Positions 1 to 9,453 of a DNA stretch of 64,000 nt are shown piece by piece (within the stretch, counting starts at the first letter, position 1; the number at the start of each line of letters is the position of its first letter). A program made the translations under genes and the position numbers. The stretch lies in NCBI GenBank assembly GCA_965247095.1, contig OZ251997.1, positions 1,216,001 to 1,280,000 on the forward strand, written 5' to 3'. Origin of the DNA: Candidatus Multivorans sp. GTDB lineage: Bacteria; Acidobacteriota; Thermoanaerobaculia; Multivoradales; Multivoraceae. The notes under the pieces were generated by a model. It searched no databases and had not been told where the DNA came from. It saw nothing but the letters and a program-made list of their open reading frames with translations.

Positions 1-1
1 G

Positions 2-163
2 CTTGAGGCCTTCCAGTGGTATCTGGACATCCGCCGCTACGGCACGTTCGAGCACAGCGGCTTCGGCATGGGCGTGGAGCGCTTCGTCGCCTGGATGGCG
101 GGCGTCCGCCACCTGCGGGAGACGATCCCCTACCCTCGAACGATGGACCGGATCTACCCCTGA
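2..163 (+). CDS. asnS: asparagine--tRNA ligase, C-terminal fragment (gene begins before window)
   Basis: Manual translation of frame 2: ...[48 protein letters not shown], class II motif 3 typical of AsnRS. Confidence 0.88.
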   Translation, partial: LEAFQWYLDIRRYGTFEHSGFGMGVERFVAWMAGVRHLRETIPYPRTMDRIYP

Positions 164-858
164 CCCTGGGTCCCGATCAACTCGAAGAGAAGCTCGGCTA
201 CCGGTTCGAGAACCGCGCGTTGCTCGACCAGGCCCTGACCCACACCTCCTTCGCCAACGAACAGGGGTTGGAGGAGCACAACGAGCGCCTCGAGTTCCTG
301 GGCGACTCGGTGCTCGGTCTGATCGCGACCGGCTGGCTCTTCAACAGCCGACCGCTGGCGCCGGAGGGCGACCTGTCAAAGGTCAAGTCCCGGGTCGTGA
401 GCGCGGAAGCGCTGGCACGCTGCGCACGGCGCCTGGAGCTCGGTGTGGCCCTCCGGCTCGGCCGCGGCGAGGAGCGCTCGGGGGGGCGCGACAAACAGTC
501 GCTCCTCGCCTGTGCGCTCGAAGCCGTGATCGGCGCTGTGTTCGTCGACGGCGGTCTGGAGGCCGCCAGCGCCCTGGTCGAGCCATGGATCGAATCGGAG
601 GCCGCTCTGGCAATCGACGATCCCGATGCCAAGTCGGACCTTCAGGAACTGCTGCAGGCGCAGGGCCTGGAGCCTCCCGTCTACCGCCACGTCGGCCGCG
701 AGGGCCCCGATCACGATCCGCTCTTCCACGTCGAGTGCTTGATCGACGGCGAGACTGCGGCCAACGCGACGGGCCGATCGAAGAAGGCGGCCGAGCGCCG
801 CGCGGCTGCCCGGGCACTGGCAGAGCTGTCCGCGCTCGACGTCGTCAGCGGCGCTTGA
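160..858 (+). CDS. rnc: ribonuclease III
   Basis: [10 protein letters not shown] signature and C-terminal dsRBD (AKSDLQE...GRSKKAAE). Start placed at CTG 160, overlapping the asnS TGA; start is uncertain. Confidence 0.95.
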   Translation: MTLGPDQLEEKLGYRFENRALLDQALTHTSFANEQGLEEHNERLEFLGDSVLGLIATGWLFNSRPLAPEGDLSKVKSRVVSAEALARCARRLELGVALRLGRGEERSGGRDKQSLLACALEAVIGAVFVDGGLEAASALVEPWIESEAALAIDDPDAKSDLQELLQAQGLEPPVYRHVGREGPDHDPLFHVECLIDGETAANATGRSKKAAERRAAARALAELSALDVVSGA

Positions 859-2761
859 ACCGGCGTTCCAGGTCGCGGTCGGTCAGTTCCAGCACCACCG
901 GCCTGCCGTGCGGGCAGGTGTACGGGTGTTCGCAGGCGAAGAGCTCCCCGATCAGACTCTCCATCTTCTCCGCCGACAGCGCCTGGTGCATCTTGACCGC
1001 GGCGCGGCAGGCGCGGCTGGCCGCCAACTGGGTCAGGAGGTACTCCGCCAGCGCCTCCTCCTCGCTCGGCAGCTCGTCGCCGCCGGCGACCCGGGTCGCG
1101 ATCCGCAGCACCAGGTTCTCCGCCTCGGCGTCGGGCAGCACGGCCGGAATCGCCGTGATCGCGGCGCTGCCGCCGGACAGGCTGCTGACCGAATAGCCGC
1201 ACCGCGCCAGCCCCGCGGAACATTCCTCAAGCGCCGCGTTCTCGGCCGCGGACAGTTCGAGAACCCGCGGCACGAGCAGACTCTGGCTGGCCGACTGCTG
1301 CTCGCCAAGACTGCGGCGGAACCGTTCGTACAGGATGCGCTCGTGGGCCACATGCTGGTCCACGACCAGCAGGGACTCCGGCCCCTCGAGCAGGATCATC
1401 GCGCCCTTGTACTGCCCGATCAGCCGGAGCGACTCGCGGCCGCGGCCCGACAGGGGTACCGGGGCGGAGGGCGCCGGCCTGTAGGCGACCTCCGCCAGCT
1501 TCCCCGCCGGCCCCACCTGCCCGCCGCCGTAACGGGCGGCGAGTTCCTCGGCCCAGGCGGGCGCCGCCGGCGCCGGATCGCCTTCCTCCCGGCCGCCGTC
1601 CCTGCCCGAGCCGGCGCGCCGCCAGGACATCCCACCGCCGGTCTCACGGACTTCTCCCATGCCGGTCCAGGCCGGGGGCGCCACCGGCCCGTCCAACTCA
1701 CGCAGCGGCGCCGGCTCCTCGCCCTTTGCCGCCTCCAGCCCCTTGCGGAGCGCACTGCCGATTCGCCCGAGCAGCGCCGCATCGCGGAAGCGGACCTCCG
1801 CCTTCTGGGGATGGACGTTCACGTCGACCGACTCCGGCGGCACGTCGAGGAACAGGAACAAGGCCGGCGCCGGGTCGCCCTTCATCAGGTCCCGGACCGC
1901 TTTGTAATAGATCCCGAGCACCGCCCGGTCCCGCAACAGGCGGCCGTTGACGAAGACGAACTGCCGCCGGCCCCTGGAGGTCTCCCGGTCGCCGACGAAG
2001 CCGTCGACACCCTGCCGCCTCCTGGCCTCGGGCAGCGGAATGAGGTGATTCGCCAGATCCGATCCGAACAACTGGGCGATCCGTTCAAGCCGGCCGGCCG
2101 AGTCGTTTCCGGTCGCCTGAGTGCGCAGCACCTCCCTCCGCGGAGACGCGCTGTCCGGGCTGTGGCGCAGGACGAAGGTTACATCGGGGCGCGCCAGGGC
2201 GTACCCCTGGACCACCGTCGTCGCATGCCGCAGTTCGGTCGCCGGCCGCTTGAGGAACTGCTTGCGCGCCGGCACGTTGTAGAACAGCGACTCCACCGTC
2301 ACCGTCGTGCCGCGGGGCCGGCTGACCGGCTCGTCGATCGTGACCTTCCCCCCCTCGACCAGGAGTCGGTGGCCGTCGCCGGCGGTCCGCGCCGTCAGCA
2401 GTTCGCACTTCGAGACCGCGGCGATCGAGGACAGCGCCTCGCCGCGAAAACCCAGCGTCGCGACTTCGAGAAGGTCCTCGAAGGAGCCGATCTTGCTCGT
2501 CGCGTGGCGTTCGACAGCCAGTATCGCTTCGTCGGCGGCGATGCCGCTGCCGTCGTCCACGACCACGATCAGGTCCTTGCCGCCATCCACAAGATCGACT
2601 TCGATCCGTGTGGCGCCCGCGTCGAGCGCATTCTCGACCAGCTCCTTGACCACCGACGACGGGCGCTCCACGACCTCGCCGGCCGCGATCTTGGAGATCA
2701 GCGTATCGGGAAGCCGCTGCAGCGGGCGGCGCCCGGGCGCGCCTTGCCGGTCCGGCCCCAT
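845..2761 (-). CDS. mutL: DNA mismatch repair endonuclease MutL
   Basis: IAAGEVVERPSSVVKELVENALDAG, GFRGEAL, DVNVHPQK, and endonuclease motifs DQHVAHERILYE, ACR and CPHGRP. Confidence 0.97.
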   Translation of the reverse strand: MGPDRQGAPGRRPLQRLPDTLISKIAAGEVVERPSSVVKELVENALDAGATRIEVDLVDGGKDLIVVVDDGSGIAADEAILAVERHATSKIGSFEDLLEVATLGFRGEALSSIAAVSKCELLTARTAGDGHRLLVEGGKVTIDEPVSRPRGTTVTVESLFYNVPARKQFLKRPATELRHATTVVQGYALARPDVTFVLRHSPDSASPRREVLRTQATGNDSAGRLERIAQLFGSDLANHLIPLPEARRRQGVDGFVGDRETSRGRRQFVFVNGRLLRDRAVLGIYYKAVRDLMKGDPAPALFLFLDVPPESVDVNVHPQKAEVRFRDAALLGRIGSALRKGLEAAKGEEPAPLRELDGPVAPPAWTGMGEVRETGGGMSWRRAGSGRDGGREEGDPAPAAPAWAEELAARYGGGQVGPAGKLAEVAYRPAPSAPVPLSGRGRESLRLIGQYKGAMILLEGPESLLVVDQHVAHERILYERFRRSLGEQQSASQSLLVPRVLELSAAENAALEECSAGLARCGYSVSSLSGGSAAITAIPAVLPDAEAENLVLRIATRVAGGDELPSEEEALAEYLLTQLAASRACRAAVKMHQALSAEKMESLIGELFACEHPYTCPHGRPVVLELTDRDLERRFKRR

Positions 2762-3525
2762 CACGGCGCCACATCCCGCAGCGTCCGCTGCATCACACCG
2801 TAGCTGCGCAGTTCCTTGCCCAGGAAGGCGCGCCGGACCTCGCGCGCAATCGCCTCCACCGACTTCAACGTCGCTTCCTCGACCCCTCCGTTCTCCTGGA
2901 GCCCCGGAAGGTCCGCGGCGCCGATGCGGCGCAGGAAGGAAAGGGCGGGCTCGGAGACCCGGCGATTCGCGCCCGCGCCGGCGCCGCACGCAGGGCACAG
3001 CAGGCCGGCCGCGTCGGCCGCCAGAACGGCCTCGTCACCGAGCGCGGCGCCGCAGGACGGACAGTGCCGGGGCGCCGGGAACACGCCGCTCAGCCGCAGA
3101 GTCCAACATTCCAGGTAGCGCGCCGCCAGCGAGCGATCGCAACCGGCGATCAGCGCCTGCACGGTCGAGTCCAGAAGCCGGTAGAGGTGGTTGTCCGGTT
3201 CGTGCTCCTGCGCGAACACCTGCATGTGCTCGGCGAGATACGAGGAGACGAGAATCCCCTCCAGGTCGTTGTGCAGGGCCCCGGGGCTCCTGATCATCTC
3301 CGCGTCACCGAGCCGGACCAGGTCCCGGTCGGGCTTCTCGAACCAGGACAGGTGCACCTTCGCCAGTTGCTGCAGTTCGCCGCCGAAGCGGCTGAAGCGC
3401 GCCCGGGCGCTGCGTGCGGCGCCTCGCTTGAGCCCCCAGTCGCGGCTGAGGAAGACGACGATCCGGTCGCGCTCGTGAAGGTCGATGGTCTGAAGCAGCA
3501 GTGCCTCACCGCTTCGCCGCTTCAT
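2761..3525 (-). CDS. recO: DNA repair protein RecO
   Basis: N-terminal OB fold (E.DRIV...SRDWG...RF.G.L) and Zn finger CPSC...CPAC. Confidence 0.9.
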   Translation of the reverse strand: MKRRSGEALLLQTIDLHERDRIVVFLSRDWGLKRGAARSARARFSRFGGELQQLAKVHLSWFEKPDRDLVRLGDAEMIRSPGALHNDLEGILVSSYLAEHMQVFAQEHEPDNHLYRLLDSTVQALIAGCDRSLAARYLECWTLRLSGVFPAPRHCPSCGAALGDEAVLAADAAGLLCPACGAGAGANRRVSEPALSFLRRIGAADLPGLQENGGVEEATLKSVEAIAREVRRAFLGKELRSYGVMQRTLRDVAP

Positions 3526-3540
3526 GGTTCCATCTTCCGC

Positions 3541-4911
3541 TCAGCGAACCAGCCAGTCGATCATCAGGGCGGCGAGGCCGAAGTACACGAGGATGCCGGT
3601 GATGTCGCTGAAGGTCGTGACCATGGGGCCGCTTGCCACCGCCGGGTCGATGCCCATCCGCTCGAAGGCCATCGGCAGGAGCGAACCGATCAGCGACGCG
3701 AGCACGATGGCGACGAACAGGGAACTCGCGACCACCGCGCTGAAGGCCGGGTTCTGTTCGAGGAACGCCGCGGCCCCGGCGGCGATCGTCGAGCAGACCA
3801 GGCCCACGACGAGACCGATGCGGATCTGCTGCATCAGGAAGCGCCGCATCCGGCCGCCGCCTTCGCCGATTCTGCCGGTGGCCAGACCGCGCACGGTCAA
3901 GGTCATCGTCTGGCTGCCGATGTTGCCGCCCATGCCCATGACCACCGGGGCGAAGGCGAGCAGAAAGACCGCGTCCAGTCTGAGCTGGAACTGCTTCATC
4001 AAGATGCCCGTCAACGTCAGGCCGATCAGGTTGACGAGCAGCCAGGGCAACCGGATACCCGCGACCCGCCAGGCTCGCTCGCGGTACAGCAACTCGTCGT
4101 CCGAGGTACCGACCATCTTGTAGAAGTCCTCTTCCGCCTCCTCCTGCACGATGTCGATCACGTCGTCGACGGTCACGAGACCCAGCAGACGGCGACGGTC
4201 GTCGACCACGGGGATGGCAAGGAAGTCATAGCGCGAGGTGAGCCGCGCCACCTCCTCCTGGTCCGTATCGGTGTTGGCGGTGACCAGACCGCGGTTCATG
4301 ATCTCGCCCAGGGTGCGGCTCGGAACCGAGAGCAGGAGCTGCCGCAGCGACAGGACCCCGACCAGGCGGCCCTCCGGATCGACGACATAGAGGTAGAAGA
4401 TCATCTCGACCTCGCCGTGCTCCTGGATCTTGGCGATCGCGTCGCCGACCGGGGTGTCCTCCGGCAGGGAGAAGAACTCCGTGTTCATGATCCGCCCGGC
4501 CGTGTCCTCCTCGTAAGCGAACTGCGTCTGCAGCTCGTCCCGGTCGGGCCGGTCGAGCAGCGCCAGCACGGACTCGCGCAGTTCGTCCTCGAGGCCGTCC
4601 ACGATCTCGACGCTGTCGTCGACCGCCAGCGGTGCGAGCAGCCCGGCGATCTCGCCCGGAGTGAGTTCCTCCAGCAACGGCCGCCGTTCGCCGGGCTCCA
4701 GCTCCAGCAGTACTTCGCCGGCCGAGTCCGGGTAGTCCTCGAGCGCCAGCCGGACCACGAACAACTGCTCCGTGGGCACCAGCTTCCGCAGCGCCGCGGC
4801 GACGTCTACCGGCCGCACCTTGCTCAGCACGCGCGACAGGTTTCGCCGCGCTCCGCGGCGCGCCAACCGGCGCATCGTGTCGCCGAGAATCTCTACCCGC
4901 TGGATGGACAT
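3541..4911 (-). CDS. mgtE: magnesium transporter MgtE
   Basis: MgtE N domain, CBS pair (TAGRIM, VTVDD), RLPWL, MGGNIGSQ and DPAVASGPMVTTFSD. Confidence 0.96.
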   Translation of the reverse strand: MSIQRVEILGDTMRRLARRGARRNLSRVLSKVRPVDVAAALRKLVPTEQLFVVRLALEDYPDSAGEVLLELEPGERRPLLEELTPGEIAGLLAPLAVDDSVEIVDGLEDELRESVLALLDRPDRDELQTQFAYEEDTAGRIMNTEFFSLPEDTPVGDAIAKIQEHGEVEMIFYLYVVDPEGRLVGVLSLRQLLLSVPSRTLGEIMNRGLVTANTDTDQEEVARLTSRYDFLAIPVVDDRRRLLGLVTVDDVIDIVQEEAEEDFYKMVGTSDDELLYRERAWRVAGIRLPWLLVNLIGLTLTGILMKQFQLRLDAVFLLAFAPVVMGMGGNIGSQTMTLTVRGLATGRIGEGGGRMRRFLMQQIRIGLVVGLVCSTIAAGAAAFLEQNPAFSAVVASSLFVAIVLASLIGSLLPMAFERMGIDPAVASGPMVTTFSDITGILVYFGLAALMIDWLVR

Positions 4912-4989
4912 GGCGGGCCGCATCGTACCAGCCGGGGACCAGCAACCCGCCCCGGAGTAGCGCCCGCGGCGCTTCTAAGCCAAGCCTCT

Positions 4990-5466
4990 TCAGGGAGTTG
5001 GACCGACCTCGAAGACGGCGTCGATCTCGACCGGCACATTGAACGGCAGCTTGTTCGTGCCCACCGCGAAGCGGGCGTGCCGCCCCTTGTCGCCGAACAC
5101 CTCCACCATTAGGTCCGAAGCGCCGTTGATCACCGCCGGGTGATTGTCGAAGTCGTCGCTGCAGTTGACGAAGCCGCCGAGCTTCACGCAGCGGCGGACG
5201 CGCTCCAGATCGCCGTCGCAGGCGGCCGCGACCACGGCGACGATGTTCACGCCGACCAGGCGGGCCGCCTCCCGGGCCTCCTCCAGCGAGTACTCCACGC
5301 CCACCTTGCCGCGGTAGGCCAGCCGCCCGTCCTTCACCGGCACCTGGCCGGAGACGAAGACGAGCGATCCCGTGCGCACGTAGGGCACGTAGTTCGCGGC
5401 CGGCGCCGCGGGCGCGGGGAGTTCCAGGCCGAGCGCCGCAAGGCGCTCCTTGACGGTGGTCGTCAT
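4990..5466 (-). CDS. RidA/YjgF/YER057c/UK114 family protein
   Basis: AANYVP...VSGQVP...NGASDL...GRHARFAVG...LP.NVPVEI. Confidence 0.92.
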   Translation of the reverse strand: MTTTVKERLAALGLELPAPAAPAANYVPYVRTGSLVFVSGQVPVKDGRLAYRGKVGVEYSLEEAREAARLVGVNIVAVVAAACDGDLERVRRCVKLGGFVNCSDDFDNHPAVINGASDLMVEVFGDKGRHARFAVGTNKLPFNVPVEIDAVFEVGPTP

Positions 5467-5491
5467 CTCAACGGCTCCTGCGAGTCCATCT

Positions 5492-6412
5492 CTACGAGTA
5501 AGCGGCGAACAGTTCCTCGAACGCCTTGAGCTGGTTGCCGGCCGCGGAGGACGGCACCAGGATGGGCGTGCCGATACCGGCGTCGATCCAGCGCTCGACG
5601 CCGTCGCGGACCTCCGCCGCGGTGCCGAACAGCGTGCAGTCGGCCAGCCAGCGGTCGGAGAGCAGACCCGGAATGCGGTCCATCTCGCGGCGTTCGACTG
5701 CCTGCTCCACGGCCTCCATCTCCTCCACGTAGCCGGCCGCCTTCCAGTAGTTGCGGTAGTTCGGCAGCAGGACGTACCGGGAGAGCGTCTTCCGGTTGCG
5801 CGCCACCGCCAGGTCGCGGTCGTCGCAGATCACGGTCGGGATCATGTTGCCGACGAAGAAACCCGGATCGGCGGCCCGCTTCCCCGCCGCCGCCAACGAA
5901 TGGCCCATGTGCGACCGTGCGCCGTTCGCGAACACCATGCCGTCGGCGATCTCGGCGGCGGTGGCGATCATTCGGTCGCGCAGCGTAGCGAGGACGATGG
6001 GCGGCAGTTCGCCGGCCCCCCGCACCGCCTTCAGCTCCTCCACGAAGGCGCGGATGTCGCCCAGCGGCTTGCCGGCGGTGACGCCCAGCCGCGCGTGAGC
6101 CGGCGCGTGGCTGACGCCGACGCCGAACCAGAAGCGGCCCTTCGACACCTCGTGGATGAAGGACGCCGTGTGGGCAAACTCCGTCACATGGCGCGTGTAG
6201 ATGTTCACGATCGAGGTGCCGAAGTGAATCCGGTCGGTACAAAGCGCAATCGCCTCGCAAAGCGCCAGACCGTCGCCCATGCTCGGGCAGTAGATGCCGC
6301 TGAAACCGCGGCGTTCGATCTCCGCGGCCAGGTCGAGGGTCAGCCGGCGCCGGCCGGGGACGGCGGCGAGCGAGATCGCGGGGGCGCGTTCGCCCATTGG
6401 TGAACTCGTCAT
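5492..6412 (-). CDS. LLM-class (luciferase-like) oxidoreductase, probably F420-dependent
   Basis: TDRIHFGTSIVNIYTR, SKGRFWFGVGVSH and AAEIADG motifs; F420 genes lie nearby. Confidence 0.85.
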   Translation of the reverse strand: MTSSPMGERAPAISLAAVPGRRRLTLDLAAEIERRGFSGIYCPSMGDGLALCEAIALCTDRIHFGTSIVNIYTRHVTEFAHTASFIHEVSKGRFWFGVGVSHAPAHARLGVTAGKPLGDIRAFVEELKAVRGAGELPPIVLATLRDRMIATAAEIADGMVFANGARSHMGHSLAAAGKRAADPGFFVGNMIPTVICDDRDLAVARNRKTLSRYVLLPNYRNYWKAAGYVEEMEAVEQAVERREMDRIPGLLSDRWLADCTLFGTAAEVRDGVERWIDAGIGTPILVPSSAAGNQLKAFEELFAAYS

Positions 6413-6485
6413 GGCCGCGGCAGGGTATCAGCGCGCCAGCGCCCGGCGGGCGACCCCGGCGGAGACCGCTACGCTACTGCGCGCA

Positions 6486-7742
6486 ATGAAAGCACTCCAC
6501 GCCAATCAGGTCGGCGATCTGCTCCGGCCCGGCATGAAGGTGGCCGTCTTCGGCGGGGCCAGCGAGCCGCGTGGCATCGCCGCGGCACTTCACCAGCAGC
6601 CCGAGGCGACCCGGGACGTCGAGTTCCTGGTCACCCGCATCCCCGGCGTTTCTTCCTCGACGCTCGAACCCTGGGCCGGCGCCACGGTGCGGTCCTTCTT
6701 CGTCACGCCGGAACTGCGGACCGGCTTCGAAGCCGGTTCGGTCCGCTTCGTGCCGATGCAGTACCGCCACATCTGGGATCACTTTCTCTCCAGTCCGATC
6801 GACCTGGCGATCGCCCAGTTCACGCCGCCCGACCGGCACGGGAACTGCTCGCTCGGCCTCGGCGTGGAGTTCCTGCCGGCGCTTCTCGAGCGCGCCGACG
6901 TTCCCTTCGTCGCCGAGTGGAACCGGGCCCTGCCCCGCCTGCCCGGCGCACCCACGGTACCGGTCGAGCGGTTCGACTACGCGGTCGAGACGGAGGTCGA
7001 GCCGCCGTCCCTCGCCAGCCCGCCGAGCCCCGCCGCCGAGCGCATCGGCTCTCGGGTCGTCGAGTTGATTCGGGACGGCGACTGCATCGAAACCGGGATC
7101 GGCGCGATCCCGGGCGCGGTGCTCGCCGCGCTGCGCTCTCACCGGGACCTGGGTTTCCACTCCGGCCTGCTCTCCGACGGCGTGATGAACCTGGCCGAGG
7201 CCGGAGCACTCAGCGGTGCGCGCAAGACGATCGACAGCGGCCGAATCGTCGCCGGCATGGTCCTCGGCTCGCCCGCGCTCTACGACTGGGCCCGCGAATG
7301 CCGCACCCTTGACCTTCGTGGGGCCGACTACACCCACGACGTACGCGTCCTGGCCCGGATCGACCGCTTCGTGGCAATCAACTCGGCGGTCGAGGTCGAC
7401 CTCTTCGGCCAGATCAACTCGGAAGTCGTGCGCGGACGCCAAATCAGCGGCACCGGCGGCGCGGTGGACTTCATGCGCGGCGCCCTGATGTCTCGCGGCG
7501 GCCGCTCGATCGTCGCCTTCGAGGCGACCGCGGGCGGGGGCCGATTCTCCCGGATCGTGCCCGCGTTGCCGGCGGGCAACGCCGCCACCGCGCTGCGCAC
7601 GGACGCGGACATCTTCGTCACCGAGTACGGCGTCGCCCGGGTCCGCGGGCTCGACGCCGTGGAACGCGCGCGAGCGCTGGTCCGCATCGCAGCCCCGCAG
7701 TTCCGGGGACGGTTGGAAGAGCAGGCGGCGGCCGGTCCCTGA
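6486..7742 (+). CDS. acetyl-CoA hydrolase / 4-hydroxybutyrate CoA-transferase family protein
   Basis: GIGAIP, INSAVEVDLFGQ, SGTGGAVDFMRGA..S.GG.S, VTEYGVA and RARALV.IA.PQFR. Confidence 0.88.
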   Translation: MKALHANQVGDLLRPGMKVAVFGGASEPRGIAAALHQQPEATRDVEFLVTRIPGVSSSTLEPWAGATVRSFFVTPELRTGFEAGSVRFVPMQYRHIWDHFLSSPIDLAIAQFTPPDRHGNCSLGLGVEFLPALLERADVPFVAEWNRALPRLPGAPTVPVERFDYAVETEVEPPSLASPPSPAAERIGSRVVELIRDGDCIETGIGAIPGAVLAALRSHRDLGFHSGLLSDGVMNLAEAGALSGARKTIDSGRIVAGMVLGSPALYDWARECRTLDLRGADYTHDVRVLARIDRFVAINSAVEVDLFGQINSEVVRGRQISGTGGAVDFMRGALMSRGGRSIVAFEATAGGGRFSRIVPALPAGNAATALRTDADIFVTEYGVARVRGLDAVERARALVRIAAPQFRGRLEEQAAAGP

Positions 7743-7834
7743 CGGCTGGGGCGCGGTGTCTCCCTGGGTTGTGGCAAGCTCGCCACGGTCCCCTTCGACT
7801 CAATAGTTGCCCCAACGCGCGGAAAGGAGCCCTC

Positions 7835-8668
7835 ATGACGCCACGCATTCACCGTCGCCTCGCCGTCCTCGCCGCCGCCGTGCTATCGACCGCGGCCAGC
7901 CTCCACGCCGAACAGTACGTCCGCTACGAACACGAGGGCGCCGTCTCCTGGGGGCGTCTCGACGGCTCGACCATCCACCAGCTCGACGGGGCGCCCTACG
8001 CCGGCGGCTCGGCGACGGGCACGACCGTCGCGGCGGCAGACACCCGGCTACAGGCGCCGGTCGCGCCGAGCAAGGTGTTCGCGGTCGGCCTCAACTACCG
8101 CAGCCACCTCGGCAACGCCGAACCGGCCAAGGAACCGCCGATCTTCCTCAAGCTGCCGACCAGCATCACCGGCCACGAGCAGCCGATCGTGCTGCCCGAA
8201 GGGTCCGAGAACGTCCACTACGAAGCGGAACTCGTCCTGGTGGTCGGCAAGCGGCTCAAGAACGCCACCCCGGAAGAGGCCAAGGACGCCATCTTCGGCG
8301 TCACCTGCGGCAACGACGTCTCCGGCCGCAACTGGCAACGGGCCGATCTGCAGTGGTTCCGGGCCAAGGCCAGCGACACGTTCGGCCCGGTCGGCCCCGC
8401 GGTCGTGACCGGCGTCGACCCGGACGACCTGACTCTGCGCGGCCGCCACAACGGCGAAGTCGTCCAGGAGCAGACGACCGGCGATCTCCTCTTCGGCTCG
8501 GTGGCGATCGTCTCCTTCATCAGCCACTACGCGACGATCGACGCCGGCGACGTGATCTTCACCGGCACCCCCGGCAGCACGAAGGCGCTTGAGCCCGGAG
8601 ACACCTTCGAGGTCGAGCTCGAAGGTGTCTGCAAGCTCAAAAACCCGGTGGAGGCCGCGGGCGGCTAA
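7835..8668 (+). CDS. fumarylacetoacetate hydrolase family protein with putative signal peptide
   Basis: VGLNY..H, FLK, HYEAEL, NDVSGR, RAKASDTF.P.GP and GDVIFTGTP motifs; GGAG Shine-Dalgarno before ATG 7835. Confidence 0.9.
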   Translation: MTPRIHRRLAVLAAAVLSTAASLHAEQYVRYEHEGAVSWGRLDGSTIHQLDGAPYAGGSATGTTVAAADTRLQAPVAPSKVFAVGLNYRSHLGNAEPAKEPPIFLKLPTSITGHEQPIVLPEGSENVHYEAELVLVVGKRLKNATPEEAKDAIFGVTCGNDVSGRNWQRADLQWFRAKASDTFGPVGPAVVTGVDPDDLTLRGRHNGEVVQEQTTGDLLFGSVAIVSFISHYATIDAGDVIFTGTPGSTKALEPGDTFEVELEGVCKLKNPVEAAGG

Positions 8669-8700
8669 GCAAGCTCAGATCGACCAACCGCGGCTGCCGT

Positions 8701-9288
8701 TCAGGCGCGCGGCAACATCTCCACGGTTTCGCATAGCAGGACATCGCCTTCGCCACGCAGTTCGTTAGCGCGGCCGTAGAGCGTTGCGCCGACAGCTATA
8801 CCGGCCTTCCGGGCGATGAACTCGTCGGCTTGGAGACAAAAAAAGCCCGATGGCCTGGCGCGGAAAGCGATGCCCGCGCCAGCCAGGATCTCCCCGAAGG
8901 GGCGGACGGCCTCGATAAACCCCACACGCAACAGTGCCGGGAACGCATCCAACACGATGCGTATGGCGGCCAGTTCCACTACGCGACAGTCCCCGCCCTC
9001 GGTGTACAGCGCGACGAAGCGGCAGAGCGAGCGGTCGTCGACAAGTAGGTCATCGGCTATCAAGTCCACGGCCAGCGGTTGACGCCAGTGCGCCTCAAGT
9101 GTGGCCGTCATCCCGCTCTTGTGGACCAGGAGCGAGTGGTAGCTGCCGGGCACTTGCTCCGGAGGCAAGACATGGGTTGCCGGTACTTCCATCGACAGGT
9201 AACCCCAAAGCTCGCGGACCAGGGTTTCGACCTGATCGCCCGGCTCCTCCCCAATCGACCACGGTTGCCCCTCAGATTCGATGGCCAC
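8701..9288 (-). CDS. putative chorismate pyruvate-lyase-fold protein
   Basis: LLVH..GMT.TLE...R.V.L....VE.A.IRI...PFGEIL...YGR...E.VE pattern resembles UbiC/Rv2949c-like proteins. Confidence 0.55.
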   Translation of the reverse strand: MAIESEGQPWSIGEEPGDQVETLVRELWGYLSMEVPATHVLPPEQVPGSYHSLLVHKSGMTATLEAHWRQPLAVDLIADDLLVDDRSLCRFVALYTEGGDCRVVELAAIRIVLDAFPALLRVGFIEAVRPFGEILAGAGIAFRARPSGFFCLQADEFIARKAGIAVGATLYGRANELRGEGDVLLCETVEMLPRA

Positions 9289-9453
9289 GGATGCTACGCA
9301 GGTCCGACCCAGGGCCAGTGAAGCGGCTCAACCGGTTCCTCGGCGGATGGCTGGAATAGCGTGAATCCTCGGGACATGGAGCGATTACCCTCTAGCGTCG
9401 GCCACTTGAACACGGGCGTCTCACCCGCAGCCGGCGCGAAGGTGATGGCGGAG

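Noticed and set aside
9289-9453. Possible small gene or remnant between the chorismate-lyase-like gene and GST
   Set aside because: No supported start or SD, recognisable motif or convincing structure
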